Shown: positions 26,504-39,700 of the stretch, one piece after another
Numbering within the stretch: the stretch's first letter is position 1
Layout: each line of letters opens with the position of its first letter
From: Diadema antillarum
Lineage: Eukaryota
Direction of reading: 5' to 3'
Assembly (NCBI RefSeq): GCF_040938485.1
Contig: NW_027271094.1
Span: forward strand, 1,736,001-1,800,000
DNA length: 64,000 nt
Notes under the pieces: model-generated
The model's input: only the letters and a program-made list of their open reading frames with translations
Databases searched by the model: none
What the model was told of the DNA's origin: nothing
Made by a program: the position numbers and the translations under genes

Positions 26504-29500
26504 AGAAGAAGAAGAAGAAGACGACGATGACTAAGAAGAAAGTGCACACAATGTATTTTGGGGATGTTGAGACTTTCTGCAGGAAAATTGAACAGGATGC
26601 ATTCGTAACTCTCAAACCGTCTGGCAAGGAAAAACCTCCAGAGGTTTCTGCCTCCAGTCAATAACTGACAGGTCTCTGTAGTAGATGTGATCGAAATATA
26701 GATATGCTGAAGAGATGCTGAAATGGTGATGCATAGATTCCGAAATGATGGTGCAGAGATGACCGACCATTCTTGACTATCTTTTCAACTCAAATAGTGC
26801 TCGCTCTAAGCATGGAGCTACAACAGTCTATTTTAGCTCCTGCATGTTCTAAGGGAGATTTCTTTACAGCTACGTCCACGACCATATTGATGCCGTCTCC
26901 ACACATGAACTTAATAATATCCAAGCAGAGTTCACTACGAGGCAGCCTTGAAGTTTGAACTGCGGGTTGTTCACCGGTATTCATTAGCGCTATTTGAAAT
27001 GCCATCAGATTACTATTTTTGTACTGCTCTGCTCTTGTGGGGGAATTGTTGCTGTTGTTGTTTTTTTTTTGTTCTTCAGATGTCATGTTCCCAAACAAAA
27101 TGCACATAATGGAAAGAGATTGCATGTGTGTAAGAAGATGGCTATCAGCCATTCAACCAAGATTTCAGCTCCCTTTTAATAGCAATAAGCTTTCAGTGAG
27201 AAATAGCAATAAGCTTTCAGTGAGAAACTGTCTCTCTAGATGCACACAGGTGGACACCCTGGTACATTGTAAAAGCAAGCAAATACTGATTTATATCAGC
27301 ATTGAGGTACACAATGCTTACATTTCTACAATACACTGAATAGAGTAATTGTCATTGATAACAAGTATCCAATGGGCTTTAGAGGAATAATATTTTTCAT
27401 TTTTATTTGAGTAGCTGAATTTTTGTCTCATCAAATACAATACTCTGCGCATTCTGTTGATAAAAGTTACGCCAATTCTTTCAGCAGCTCCTTTCTTTGC
27501 CCAGCTATAAAGTAATGTTACATCACAGAAGTTCCCTTCTAATTACCACAAAATATCAGCTTGAGATCTGAGAATGAAAGTAAACAATATAAGTAACAAA
27601 TATTCTTTTACAAAATACTGTCATTATTAATGTATGATAAAAATTAGCTGTTCAATCACGTGAAATCCATATTAGTATTTTGACATGAGAAGAATGTACA
27701 AATCCTTGTACTGAGGTCGTCTTAAAACCATCACAAGTTCTGCATACTTTCCTGTCCAAAATCCCCACCGATACCCTTCAATATAGAGCAGCCACCAGGA
27801 AGATCCCCACCGGTATCCTTCAATTTAGAGCAGCCACCAGGAAGACAAATTTCAAATCAATATTTTTCTTCTTCATCCCCATCCAACCTCTCTTGACCAA
27901 CAGACAGTACTGACATCGTTGATGGCAAGCTGAAGCTCATCCTGGGTCTGATATGGCTCCTCATCTTGCATTACTCCATCTCCATGCCGATGTGGGATGA
28001 GGAAGGCGAGGCACCGGAGGAGGGCAAGAAGCAGACTCCCAAGGACAAGCTGCTGGGATGGATCAAGAGCAAGGTGCCGGACAAGCCTATCAACAACTTC
28101 AACAAGGACTGGAACGATGGACAGGCCATTGGAGCTCTTGTGGATGCCATTGCCCCTGGTAACCAAAAAAGTCCTCTTCTTTTGTGAACTACTTGTTCTC
28201 AATTTTTCTCCTGCTTTTCAATTCTCCCCTTTTTATGGCATGCAAGAGTGAAGAAGCCAAGAAAGAAAATATTGTCCCTTTTTGTTTTTGGAGGTCAGGC
28301 TCAAATTCAGAAAGATCCTGTATTCGGTGCATTTTGCTTTGCGGCTGTACAGTATTTGTCACATTTTTAGCCTTCACCCTTTCAGATGTTCTATGAACAT
28401 ATAGTTGCACCTCCAGACCAGTCTGTTTAGGCTATCAATATCAAGGCTTCTGCCATTCAACAGTACACAGAACCATGAACTGAGAAAGACATATCTTTTG
28501 TGTAGTTCAGGTAATGTTTTCTGTATATTGTTCTACCATTGTGATATCACACATTGTTGTAAAGTTGGTACACGGAATTATAAAACCACAACTTTGGAAA
28601 TTCTAATTTTTTTTGAGAGAAAGATTGTGTAAATTTTGTCAAATTTTCACGGATATGTTTCCCCTATGTGTCCTGTATTCACTGAATCAAATGCTAATAT
28701 ATGAGAAAACTTTACTTGTAACAGAAATTTGCCGAAGATCATGCCACCAAACTATGTGACTGTGTGTATAAGTATATAGGGCCCTAAAGTTAGCATGTAT
28801 GCAGTCCAGTCATGATTGCTGGTAAGAGATGAATTTTGTATGTCCTGTGAAATATGAAATATCACTAGCCAATTACCGGTAAGTCTTTACACCTGACTCA
28901 TGTGGTCACTTTCTCTAACCTACACACTGATCCGCCTGACATTGCCTCTCTCCCCTCCAGGTCTGTGCCCTGACTGGGAGGACTGGAACCCCAAGGATGC
29001 ACTGAAGAATGCCAAGGAAGCCATGAAGCTTGCAGAAGACTGGCTTGATGTCCCTCAGGTAAGGCAGCTTCACTCTTAAGGCCACCGCACACTACACGAT
29101 CAGACTGGTCTTAAAGTCTTAAGCCAAGCTGGGTCTTAAGACCAGTCGTACGACCGGACACCGCACACTATACGACCCGACTGTAAAGCGCGCGCAGTGG
29201 GCACTGCGTGCGCTTGCCTTTTACTGCATTGTGAATGGCTGAAAGCCTACGACCAGTCGTAGAAATTTAACATGTCAAATCTCTACGACTGGCCCTAAGA
29301 CCCAGTCGTACGACCAGAAAATGGCAAGACTGTGACGTCACACTTCTAGTCTTAAGGTCTTAAGACCGGTGAATCGGGGCAAAATCGTGTAGTGTGCGGC
29401 GGGCTTAACCCGTTGAGGACGGACCGATTTTGCTATAACATGGATTTCCCATTGACACTTACCCGAGTATTCTCGGGACTCGTCTTCAACGGGTTAAGAG

Positions 29501-30975
29501 ACAAGTTCGCCCAAATATATGTGTGGATTGATTGAATGAAGTGCAGTATTAGTAGAACGCGTTGGTGAAAGTTTGAGGAAAATCAGGCAATCCGTCCAAA
29601 AGTTACGAATTGTTAAGCTTTTGTGCAGCCATTGCTGGATGATAAAACTACAACAGTTTATGATGTTACACACGAAGAATGATAGAGAAAATATAGTGAA
29701 AATTCAACATATCTTCTTTTTAGTAGCGTATTAAAAGAATTGCTTGACTTGCCTGTTTCAGATAGTAGGGGGGAAATATTACCCGTAGAATATGTCAGTG
29801 ATAAGTAGAGGGAATGTGTAGGGGCTCTACTTTTCTTAACAAATGAAATTTTTTGGACATCTCATCATATTTTCTTTTTATCATTCTATACGTGTGACAT
29901 CATAAACTATGATTGTCTCAAACTTTTACTGATGTGTTCTACTGATATTGCTGCATTCATTCAATCCACTCTTTTTTCTGACTCTGTCAGAGTACTGGCT
30001 ATTTGCTTGAATGAATAATATTTCGAATTCATCCTTTTGAGCAACAATAGCAAATGAAATTATTCATTTTATAGGGATCACAGGTTAGTGGAAAGAGGAA
30101 TTTATGGTTTAATCATCATAATATTGTGATGATAATGATGTGGGGTTTTTTTTCCCCACAAAGAGTAGGTACTGTGAATTTAGCTCTAGTCTTAGTCTGA
30201 GCCCCTGTATCATTATTTCCCAGGATTACTCTGTGCTTCATGTATGCCTTTGGGTTGAGATGTAGGCCTATGGAGGGGATATACCAGCATGTCCAAAAGA
30301 AAGATGTATTTACTGGCCGGAAATCAAACCCAACTTAAGGCCTCTTGCAAAATACTCCGAAGGATCAATAGCAGACTGATTTTAGACTTTCACTTTTGTT
30401 TTCATTTGGGTAAGATTGCTTTAAATGGACTGAATTCCCCCAAAGAGTTGAAATGGAAACTACAAATCAAGAACAGACTCTGGACAAGAAACTTAAATTG
30501 CATCCTAGCCAAAAATAAAGACAGGATTTGCACTCTAGAATGGCCCACCTAAATGATGGAGGCCAAAGATAATTGAGACAGACTTGAGCCAAGAATAAGG
30601 CTGTCAGATAATGTTTGCAGGAATTATCATTGATATATTATGTAGCCTTTACATCCTGGAGTTATCTGTCACAAGGGTATAGAGCGGTTTCTTGCACAAC
30701 ACATCAACCACACACTCAAACTTCTGTGATTATGCAGTCAGCATTTTAAGTGAAACTGTTCATTCTCTCTTGGCTGTTTGACAGCATGACATTACTTATA
30801 CTACAAAGGGAAATGTTACTGTCCTTGTACTTCATGAAAGTTAGTCCCTGTTTGTTTTTCATAGTCTCTTTATTTTGTGGTTTTACAGTGAAAGGGGAAC
30901 ACATTTTTATTTCACAATGAAAGGAAATATGCACATAATATTGTTTTGTGACTGAATTCAGAATTCAGATGTGAG

Positions 30976-31009
<34 letters not shown>

Positions 31010-33662
31010 GGGGGGGGGGGGGAGGGGCTACTTGCTAAAATGAACTTTAACCGGGAACATGGTGCTAGATTCTTCCACTTATCTATAGGAATACTCTTTA
31101 AGAATACTTGAACCAGGATCTGTAGCATCTTTACACTTGAACCTCTCATGGTTTCCACCAAATCTTGCACTTGAAAGATATCACATTGCTTTTGTTTATT
31201 TTAGCAAGCATCATTGATAAGTTAATATCATGAACTAAAATGCATCATGATATCAAATACTTTGAAACCCGAGTCTCTTTTTTTAAAAAAGTGTACTACC
31301 ACTACATAGAAAACCACTTGTGTGTTACTGTATTTGATTTCCTGGCATTATCTGACTACATTTCCCTGAAAATAAAATGGAAATTTACAAACATTCTTCT
31401 TTTTTTTTCAATTTAGAAAAGCACTATCTCAAAAAGGACATTTGGCTACTTCTCTGTATTATTTTTTTGCCACTCATATGGTCCATGTGAAATGCTCAAT
31501 GTAGAATAGTATAGATTTTTGTGATCAACATTGCTGCCATTGTGGGAGTATGTACATTCATGTGTATTGCTGTCAATGAAACCTTTGTAACCTTATAGGG
31601 AGAGCATTGTTACCACTTGAATAGGGTGTGTAGCATGAAACTCGAGATCTTGTTGGTGGAGGTTGGTTGGAGGAATGAATGCACGTACAGGTTTGGCATG
31701 GGTCAGACCATTTCTGTCTTCTATTACGGGCATAATTAAACCCATTGCCAATTTGAGGGCCAGTTCAATTCCATTAGAATGATTCACTGAGAACACTATA
31801 GGTACTTATTTATCTAGGAAATAAAGGATATAGCATAGAGCACTTAAATTCACAGCCTATCATTAAATACAACCTGTGCATTGATTTTCAGCAGGGTGAG
31901 AAAAAAAAAGAAAACTGATGCAATATGTTCGTGAAGGTATGCGATTTTGTCTCTCATTTCAAGTGTCATGTAACTACATGAATCATATGACAAAGGTTAA
32001 TGGCATCCTACGTGTGACATGTCAATAGTGCTGTAGGATGATTGATATATTAACCCCTTCAATCTCCATTAAGGCTTTGACTACCAGAGTGCTTTTTAAT
32101 TCTTCCATTGATTGGCACAGATGTGTGTCGGGGGGGGGGGGGGGGGCTGGGGGTGGGGGTGGGGAGAATAATTGCCAACGAATAGAGATTTCCAAATCCT
32201 CTTAATCCATATTTTGTCACCGTAGCCTTCCTGTTGGACTCAAGGTTCATTGTTATGCCAAAGTTGTCTGGCAAATAAGCAATTAGGTCAAGTTCATGGG
32301 AATGGATGGAATAATGCAGTTAAAAATCAGGGCACATTAATTACAGCTAAGTGCTTTGGCACGATTGGACGTAGTGGTTCAAGATGAGATCGAGAAGGAA
32401 TGAACCTCTCAATACATGCAAGAGCAGATCGATTTTATCTAAAAAATAGCCCCTTGTTTCAGTCTCTGGTTTTATACCAAGTAGCCCCTTTTTAAAATCT
32501 CTGCTTCATCACAGGTTCCAGAAGTTTACTTCAGTAATATGTTTATAGCATGTGTAAGACTGACTGAGTAGATTTTTCACTATTTTGTTATTCCGAAGGT
32601 TCGTTAATCCGAAACACACAAATTCCCTATACCTAGAGGTTCGTTAATCCGAAAATAAAAAAGGATTTGTTAATCCGAACATATGTGGGGTTATTCCGGA
32701 GGTTCGTTATCCCGGAGGTTGGTTAATCCAAAAAATGAAATTCGGAATAGCGAACCTTTGGAATAAAGAATCTTCGGACTGAAGAGCTTCGGAATAGCGA
32801 ACCTTTGGAATAGCGAACCTTCAGAATAAGGAACTGTAGCCGTATATATTATGTGAGAAAACAATGTATACATTTATGTTAGCATTATAATATTATGAGA
32901 AAAATGTTGTAGAATTAGGGACACTTGTGTATTTCCTACAGACATTAACAATTTACTGTTGTTTGTAACAGTGTTTGAGGTGCTTGTAAATATTTCAAAC
33001 TTGGGGAGACAATTAATTTTGCTACTCTACATGTAGCAGTGCTGGAGGTAGAGAGGAAAAGGAAATAATTTGGCCCTGAAAACATGATCTGAATTGTCTC
33101 GTAATTGGTTGTCTGAAGCATGACAGCTAAATTGAGTCAGGTTGACAGGATGGTGGAAGCACAGCGTGTCATGTAATATCACCTTCCTGTCTGGTGGGCT
33201 AGAGATAAACCGCCTCATTCCTAGCAAACGAGGTGTCGGCCGCCCAGACACCCTGCCAAGCCAACGTCTGGATTTCACACCCGTTCTGCTCTTGTGTTCC
33301 ATGCTTGGGAGGAAGTCAGGTTCAAAACATGTTGTGACTTTAAGATATTAATAGAGGAAACAAGTATGCTACTTACCGGTATGTCCGAAGAGACAATTAT
33401 AATGCCCTGCTGGTTGTGTTTGTAGAGGGTAATGGTTTATGCTTTGGAAATTATCTTGAAAATACTGTCCTACATTCATTTTCATGTGAATACATGGTTG
33501 ATGAATTACACAGAGATGCCAACTGGTACTTCTTTATGCAGTATTAAGTACTGCTTTTTCCAAAAATATTGCAGGTTTCATGGAAAATTATTTTCCCCAA
33601 ATTAAATAACTACTCATGTGTGTTGCAGGAAAGGTGAAAATACTGTTTTAAAAAAAAAGAAG

Positions 33663-33729
<67 letters not shown>

Positions 33730-36700
33730 TAGTTTATAAATATCTTATACTGTGTAGATGCTTGTTGCATCCCGTTGAGATTCATGGAAATTAAATTGAT
33801 GGAGAAGAGATAGGAAGTCATTTTTTCCAGCCCATTAACACTGTAGAATTATAATTTGATGGAGTGATTTGATAAAAGACAATGTGACCATTTCAATGGA
33901 AGCAAATCAGTAATCAGTGTATTGCTTTTGATGAAACAATTCACAAAAGAAAACCACAGTCATTCTAATAGTAGATTGAAAAAATTCATACATCTAATGA
34001 TTTAAAATTGTAATTTCACTCATCAGTGCATCATTAAATAAGCTCCCAAGCAGCCAGTGTATCAGCAATCATGCCTGTCTAGAGGAAATTTAGGGTGAAT
34101 CAGGTTTAAATACCAGGCGGTGTGTATGTGTGTGTGATTGTTGTGGAAGAACAGATTCTGCATTGGACAAGACAGGATGTGTTGACTTTCACCAAAAATC
34201 CTCTGGTACGAAATGACAGGGAAGGTTTATGTCAGACCAAGAAAGAGGAGAGAGATTGTAGAGAAAAGAGTGATGATATGCAACCTTGAAACCCTCTTCT
34301 TCCACATATCCCACGGAGGCAGGCGGAGAATGGAATTACAGGACTCACTTCCTGGGCAGGATGCTGTCTGCAGTTTTCTCCAGCAGTGTTTCTACCCGTC
34401 TCACCTCTCTTTCTCTTTCTTCCTGTGGCCTCTGCTTTTGTGTTTCTCCTGTGTATCTTTTTAAACCTCTCTGTCTATGATACATACATACTTGTCTGTC
34501 TCTGCGCTTCTTATCAATTTCTCTCCGAATGTTGCATTTTCCATTACTTTATGCTCTGCTCTCTGTGATACTCCGTGATTTATGGATGCTCCGCTATCTG
34601 TGTCGTAGTTCTATTTCTTCCATTGTGTCTCCGTCGTTTGCTTCAGTCTATCTCCTATTTCCAGCATAAAAACTGTATACTGGTAGTCTCTAAAGCTTTT
34701 TGTGCATTGGATGTTTCTTTCATGTTATATGTTGGTCCCACATCTGCCTTTGTCTGGCTTATTACTGTATATGTGCGTTCTTATTTTCACAAATTTCAAG
34801 AGTCAACTGAAATTTGAGAATATGACAACCCGCAAAAACTATTGCCACCCATACAGGATTGCTCTTTGTATTGACTCCAGGGTAGGAAATCACAAAATTC
34901 TGTCAATTGAAAAGGGATGATACTATTTCTCATTCCATCAATAGAGTTCTGGAAAATGAATTGAATCACTCCTTGAATTGTCTTTAAAGACCCAATTTGC
35001 AGTATATTATATACTCATCAAATACAAAGGGTAGGCCTATATAAAGTATAACATTTTATGACTGGAAAGCATTTCATTTATCTGAGTGAATTTTAAAGGA
35101 ATTGGTTTCTGTTATTTCGTAGAATAATTATTTAATTCAAATACAGAATTCAAGTCTTTAGTGTGCTATGTAGAAGACAGACTCTCTATCTGCTTAAATT
35201 AGAGCCAAAGACATGTGACACATTTAACATGATGGACTTTCCTTAGGTATGTCATAAATTAGTTTTTATTTTGTAGAGGAATTGAATAGGGTTGGGGAGG
35301 AGATTGAGAGATGCTGGTGATGACTTGAATAATTGAGGGAACTCTGCAATGATTATGGGAGATAATTTGCTCTCCATCATCCAAAATAGCACACAAGAGA
35401 ATATCAAGAGAAGCTCTTAAAAGGAAAGAAAGTCATCTTTGGATAACAGATCATAAGCTCTTTCACTTTCAGTACCCCTAAATCTGATTAATTTCAGAGC
35501 ATATACTCATTAACTTCAGTGCACAATACCCTATACTCTCTGCTTGCAATGCACTAGTGACTATCCAAGGGTACATGGAAACCCAGGTGGGACGTTCTGG
35601 TATATGTTTCACATAATGCAGGGACTCCGTACACAGTATATGAGATGGCTGTGTGTGGGTGCAATACGCCTGATGGGTAAAGATTTGTGTAAATCACACC
35701 CTGCGTATTCAACATCGGGAGTGGTTCTAGGAAGACTACCAATTAGAGTATTCAACACTTCAGTTCATGTGGAATGCCTGTTTGGCAGATCTCTGCACTG
35801 GACAGTAGTTTGTCGCTTGACACAAATGCGAGAATAGCAAGCATTCATGTATAGTCTCTTACATAAAAGACAGCACACAAACAGAATGAAAAGGTTGGAC
35901 TGAAGATCAGTGAACTTTTTCAACCCCAGAAGGAAACGCTGAAAAGAGAGGGGGGGGGGGGGGTATATTTTGGAGGTTTGCTTTCCAGTAGAATGGCTAC
36001 ATTAAAGCAACCCAGTGAGAAAAGTTGTTCAAGATTAATTCACCATGACAAATCTCAACCTAAATACTGTGTGGGCTTCTATTATGTCGTAAAGGTTAAA
36101 ATGGCATTGTACATTTCACGAACAACAAATTCTCAATGCACTACACGTCCACTGAGAAGAAAAAAAAACTTTGATGTCGGCTCAGGTGACCTGTCGCCCT
36201 CTCCTATTGTTCACATCACACCCTCCCTCCCTCTTCTTTTTTTTTAGTAACCTTTTTTATTTCAAATTCAATTCTTGCGATCTCCCCAGGGTAGTGAAAA
36301 TACAGGGATGGGAACCGCAGGGGTGTGGAAAGTCCTCGCGGTAGAAAGAAGTAACTTTAAATGATTTGGAAAAGGCATTATTAGGGATTGTTGGCTGAAA
36401 ATCGGGCACATGGGCTGAAAAGAAGCATCTGGTCGACGAGTTAGCAAATCACCAAAAGTATCATATTAAGTGCTCTATTCATGTCAAAGAGTAGGTCATA
36501 GGCATAGGCATGATGGCATTACATTTATGATAAATAAATGCAAACAAAGGAATGTCTAATTTGGAATTTGTTTTTAAATGACTAAAATGATGCTAACTGG
36601 CACTTCTTGATGATTTAAAGGTTTATTTTAAGGGGCAAGTAGTGACTCTGGGTGCGTTTATCTAAAAACTTTCTCAGGCAGAATCACGATCCTAAATGCA

Positions 36701-39700
36701 TTTGAGGCATTTTTTTTTTGCAATAGATAAATGCAACCATGTTTTCAACTGCGTTTAAATACGCAAATTTGAAATACCATTTAAAGGGCGACTTGAAACA
36801 CTTTTTGAGACCATGATCGCATTTCTGCTAGTAATAATGTGATGGTGTTTTGAAAATGAAATGCATTTCTCTAAGCTGCCGAGGTCTCTTTCCAGTATAC
36901 TGTACATGCTGTCGGTTTATACAAAAAAGCACGAGCGTCAGTTGACCTCTACTTCCCAGGTTGAATGGCACAAAGCAGCTCTGCAGTGACAATACTCAAA
37001 TCGTGATGTTCAGATAAATGCTCCACCCCCGAAACTGCATTTCAGACCATGTTCGTAAACTCCATTCAAAACGCGTTTTGATTCTTTCTCTCTAGTTAGA
37101 TAAACGCAGCCTTTGTCTTGCTTTCAGATTTTTTAGCTTTTCAGGTTAAAGACACAGATGAGTTTATCACTTTTGCTTGTACATATACTTGTACGTCATT
37201 GTAAAACATCTACCAGGTTCCATTTGTAAGGTATGGGTATATCAGTCGGCCTACTTGATAGCACTTTATGTGTGTTTTAGCAATGGGAGCTTAGGCTTCC
37301 CGGGGATCTTGTCAAATTCAAACAGTTCTTTTCATGCATACGGTAATTCAACGAGGCTCGTGACTCGATACCGAAAAGCTAATTCCTGTCTGGCTCTTGG
37401 CAGTGTAGTGAAGTGGAACGAACTATGGTCAGCCATTTTCATTGTGACACACCAACACTTCAATGAGATGAATTATTTGAAATAGGGGGTGTGTGTGGGT
37501 GTCAGTGCAAGCAAAGATTATAAAAAAAATGCCTTTTTTGAGGAAGATGTATTGGGTAAACTAGCTACCCAGCCTTTCAGAATCCGGCGCTGAGGTGATA
37601 TTTGTTCAGGGCATTCAAGGCAAACACAACTTCATACCAGCCCTCTTTTGTGACGTGGTTTCCCCATGGCCTAGAATGTCTGCGCTACTTTTAATGTGGG
37701 AAAGTGAATGTCATACATTAGCGTGTGTAGAGATACCATCACGAACAAAGTGCAATTTGCTATTCATGTATAGATCCCACATGTGGATTTTTGTACTGTT
37801 AGTAACTATTAACAAATGTAAATGGATGGGGATCTCAAAGCATAGTATGATTGAAGTACTTTGATATTCATGATGNNNNNNNNNNNNNNNNNNNNNNNNN
37901 NNNNNNNNNNNNNNNNNNNNNNNNNNNNNNNNNNNNNNNNNNNNNNNNNNNNNNNNNNNNNNNNNNNNNNNNNNNNNNNNNNNNNNNNNNNNNNNNNNNN
38001 NNNNNNNNNNNNNNNNNNNNNNNNNNNNNNNNNNNNNNNNNNNNNNNNNNNNNNNNNNNNNNNNNNNNNNNNNNNNNNNNNNNNNNNNNNNNNNNNNNNN
38101 NNNNNNNNNNNNNNNNNNNNNNNNNNNNNNNNTAGTCTTGACTGCTTTTCAGGTCTTTTATGCTAGATCTTTCTAAAAAAATGTGTGAGTGGGTTATAAG
38201 AATTGACATTTAGCTTTAAATAATTTGATATGTAAATGTATCGAGGTAGAAAATTATGCATTGTAGTGGCAATGCATTAGTCAAAATACATTATCATGAT
38301 ATCTAAATCTGTTTCTCTTTCTGTTACCAATAATCTGCTGCAATGAGAGCCCCCAATCACAGCTTTAGTAATTTAACACCAACCTAAACAAGCCTACTTT
38401 TGTTATTTGGCAAATAGGCACATTCTGGAATATTCCAAATAAACTATGTGGACAGCTAAGTTGATGTGAAGCCATGTGAAGCCACCCAAGGACATGGGTG
38501 TGTAGATCAGACTGTGTTTAGTTGCAAATAAATGGAACATATAATCTCTACTCAAAAGTTGGTCATCAATGTACCTTTATCCAATTTAAAAAATGTCACA
38601 CTATAGGCCTAATTGCATGCTACACACAAGTTGGCTGATATCTTTCCTGAATTTCTGCACTTGCTCTTCTGTCATACGAATGTTTCACGTTTAAAGTGCA
38701 CAATAGTGGATGATACAACTACACAGCTGATACGTCTGTCCTCTTTCCCTTCTCAGCTTTTAACAGGGGGGTGTTTCATAAAGCTGTTCGTAAAGTTACG
38801 AACAACTTCTGAGCGACTGGTGATCAGTTCTTGTACTGAATTATGGAAATTCTGATAAGTATAGCGCATCAGAACTGATCACCAGTCACTCATAAGTCGT
38901 TCGTAACTTTATGAACAGCTTTATGAACCCCCCCCCCCCCCCCCCCCCCGGTGTGTTAATGAGCTCTGTTTACCTGCACTGTAACAAAGTTTGCTGACAA
39001 AGTCGATCAAACTTCCAGTAGGTGGAAGGATGTGGTTGTGGTTATTTTGTTTTTGTCAGACTTCCAGATTATGCGTGGGAAGAAGATTTGTGTGTATAGT
39101 AGAGTACCTTAAATGTCTTTAACCCTTTGAAGACTAGTCCTGTGTATACTCGGGCAGATGTCTGTGGGAAAAATGTGTTATAGTAAAATCAGCTAGTCCT
39201 CAACAGGTTAATGCTGTCAGTGCACTAATTGAAATTGCTGCTAGTGTCAAAAAGTAGGGTAGGTCCTAAAGTTAATTTTGGCCGAAAAAGTTTGTTGCAA
39301 GTCATATGAAACCAATCTTAGCAATCTTATATCCAACAGTAAATGCTTACGAAAATTGATGTCTTTACATTGAATTGAAGAGTAAAGGCCATTTCAAAAA
39401 TTTGATTAATTAATTGAGATTAAAGACTATTGTGACATTCAAAGAAGATGATGTAATTGTGAGGAGGGAAACAAAAAGGATACTGTGCATCCCTAAATAT
39501 ATATGAGAAGTATATGCAGAGATTTATCACAGGCTTCATGTTTCTATTGGCTGGCAAGTATTTTGTACATCTATTAGATCTCTTTCCATGTTCATCCATA
39601 AAAATGAATTAACCCATTGCTTTTGAGCTCTGACAGTCCCCACAGACTTGGTGGCTGACACACCCGGCTCTTGAGAGTGAAGGGATTTGGAGGGAAATTG

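Noticed and set aside
32586-32841. Repeat array that superficially resembles a CRISPR array
   Set aside because: Eukaryotic intron, degenerate ~15-bp units in two orientations, no unique constant-length spacers, no cas genes.
37851-38209. ORFs spanning the N run
   Set aside because: Artefacts of the assembly gap.
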